DNA from: a virus
DNA: 5,864 nt
Direction: 5' to 3' (one strand)
IMG/VR virus record: IMGVR_UViG_3300000208_000141
Location: 1 to 5,864 of that record
Shown here: positions 5,736 to 5,864 of the stretch, piece after piece
Layout: each line of letters starts with the position of its first letter
Position numbering within the stretch: the stretch's first letter is position 1
The notes under the pieces: model-generated
Told to the model about the DNA's origin: nothing
Databases searched by the model: none
What the model saw: the letters and a program-made list of their open reading frames with translations, nothing else
Translations under genes and position numbers: made by a program

Positions 5736-5864
5736 ATGGCTGTGGAAAATCCGATGACACTTAACGTGAAATGGGAAGAACCGCGCGTGATCGGCGAGTG
5801 TGCCGGATGCTTCTCTGACATTGTCGAAGGCGAAGGATACATTGAGTTTCCAGATGGCCTTCTT
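5736..5864 (+). CDS. Hypothetical phage protein, 5' partial (runs off the window)
   Basis: ATG 5736 directly abuts the upstream TAA (TAAATG), with AAAGGGG 9 nt upstream. The frame stays open for all 43 codons to the window edge (MAVENPMTLNVKWEEPRVIGECAGCFSDIVEGEGYIEFPDGLL...). Confidence 0.5.
   Translation, partial: MAVENPMTLNVKWEEPRVIGECAGCFSDIVEGEGYIEFPDGLL

Larger units (their letters stand above)
1124..5864. mobile_element. Left end of an integrated temperate phage / ICE-like element (continues past the right window edge)
   Basis: An integrase lies immediately next to a tRNA 3' end. It is followed by the ImmA/repressor module, a divergent Cro-like/antirepressor early operon, and small phage-type ORFs. 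The region looks more AT-rich than the tRNA array. The exact left boundary (att core) probably lies inside or just after the tRNA-Leu 3' half and cannot be fixed without the other att copy. Confidence 0.8.

Noticed and set aside
1124-5864. I looked for a defence, toxin-antitoxin or superinfection-exclusion (moron-type) gene between int and the repressor or next to the switch, where prophages often carry them.
   Set aside because: The int-immA and immA-repressor gaps are only 41 and 21 nt, and every sizeable ORF is accounted for by lysogeny or early-operon functions. Nothing in this window supports such a system.

Overview
The window has two parts.

(1) Positions 1-1123 hold a tightly packed host tRNA array of 12 genes, all on the + strand: Val-fMet-Asp-Phe-Thr-Tyr-Trp-His-Gln-Gly-Cys-Leu. 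As far as I recall, this order matches the Bacillus subtilis trnD-type cluster. The tRNA sequences look Bacillaceae-like with GC-rich stems, so a Geobacillus/Anoxybacillus-like host is a low-confidence guess. The array is cut at the left edge. The last gene, tRNA-Leu(CAA), has its own perfect consensus sigma-A promoter and an intrinsic terminator.

(2) From about 1124 to the end is the left end of an integrated temperate phage or ICE-like element.
- Leftward lysogeny module: tyrosine integrase, ImmA/IrrE-type HEXXH metallopeptidase, and an XRE/ImmR-like repressor. This is the same layout as ICEBs1, which also sits next to a tRNA-Leu gene.
- A 175-bp divergent switch region with promoters and repeated motifs.
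- Rightward early operon: Cro-like HTH, BRO-N/KilAC antirepressor, an unannotated 42-44 aa zinc-ribbon ORF, a DUF771-like putative excisionase, and a 90-aa hypothetical.
- A 190-bp non-coding gap with an orphan Shine-Dalgarno sequence and a 13-bp perfect hairpin.
- A second unit starting with a Cys4 + Myb/HTH-like protein and a truncated ORF.

I see no rRNA, CRISPR array, IS element or recognisable defence system. Most six-frame ORFs over the tRNA array, and those antisense to the phage genes, are artefacts. Several track ORFs are over-extended at TTG codons, and I give shorter starts supported by a ribosome-binding site (RBS). The items most worth follow-up are the att/arm-repeat region, the switch architecture with two de-repression routes (ImmA plus antirepressor), the small zinc-ribbon ORF and the structured non-coding gap. 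All functional calls rest on motif recognition by eye, not on database searches.
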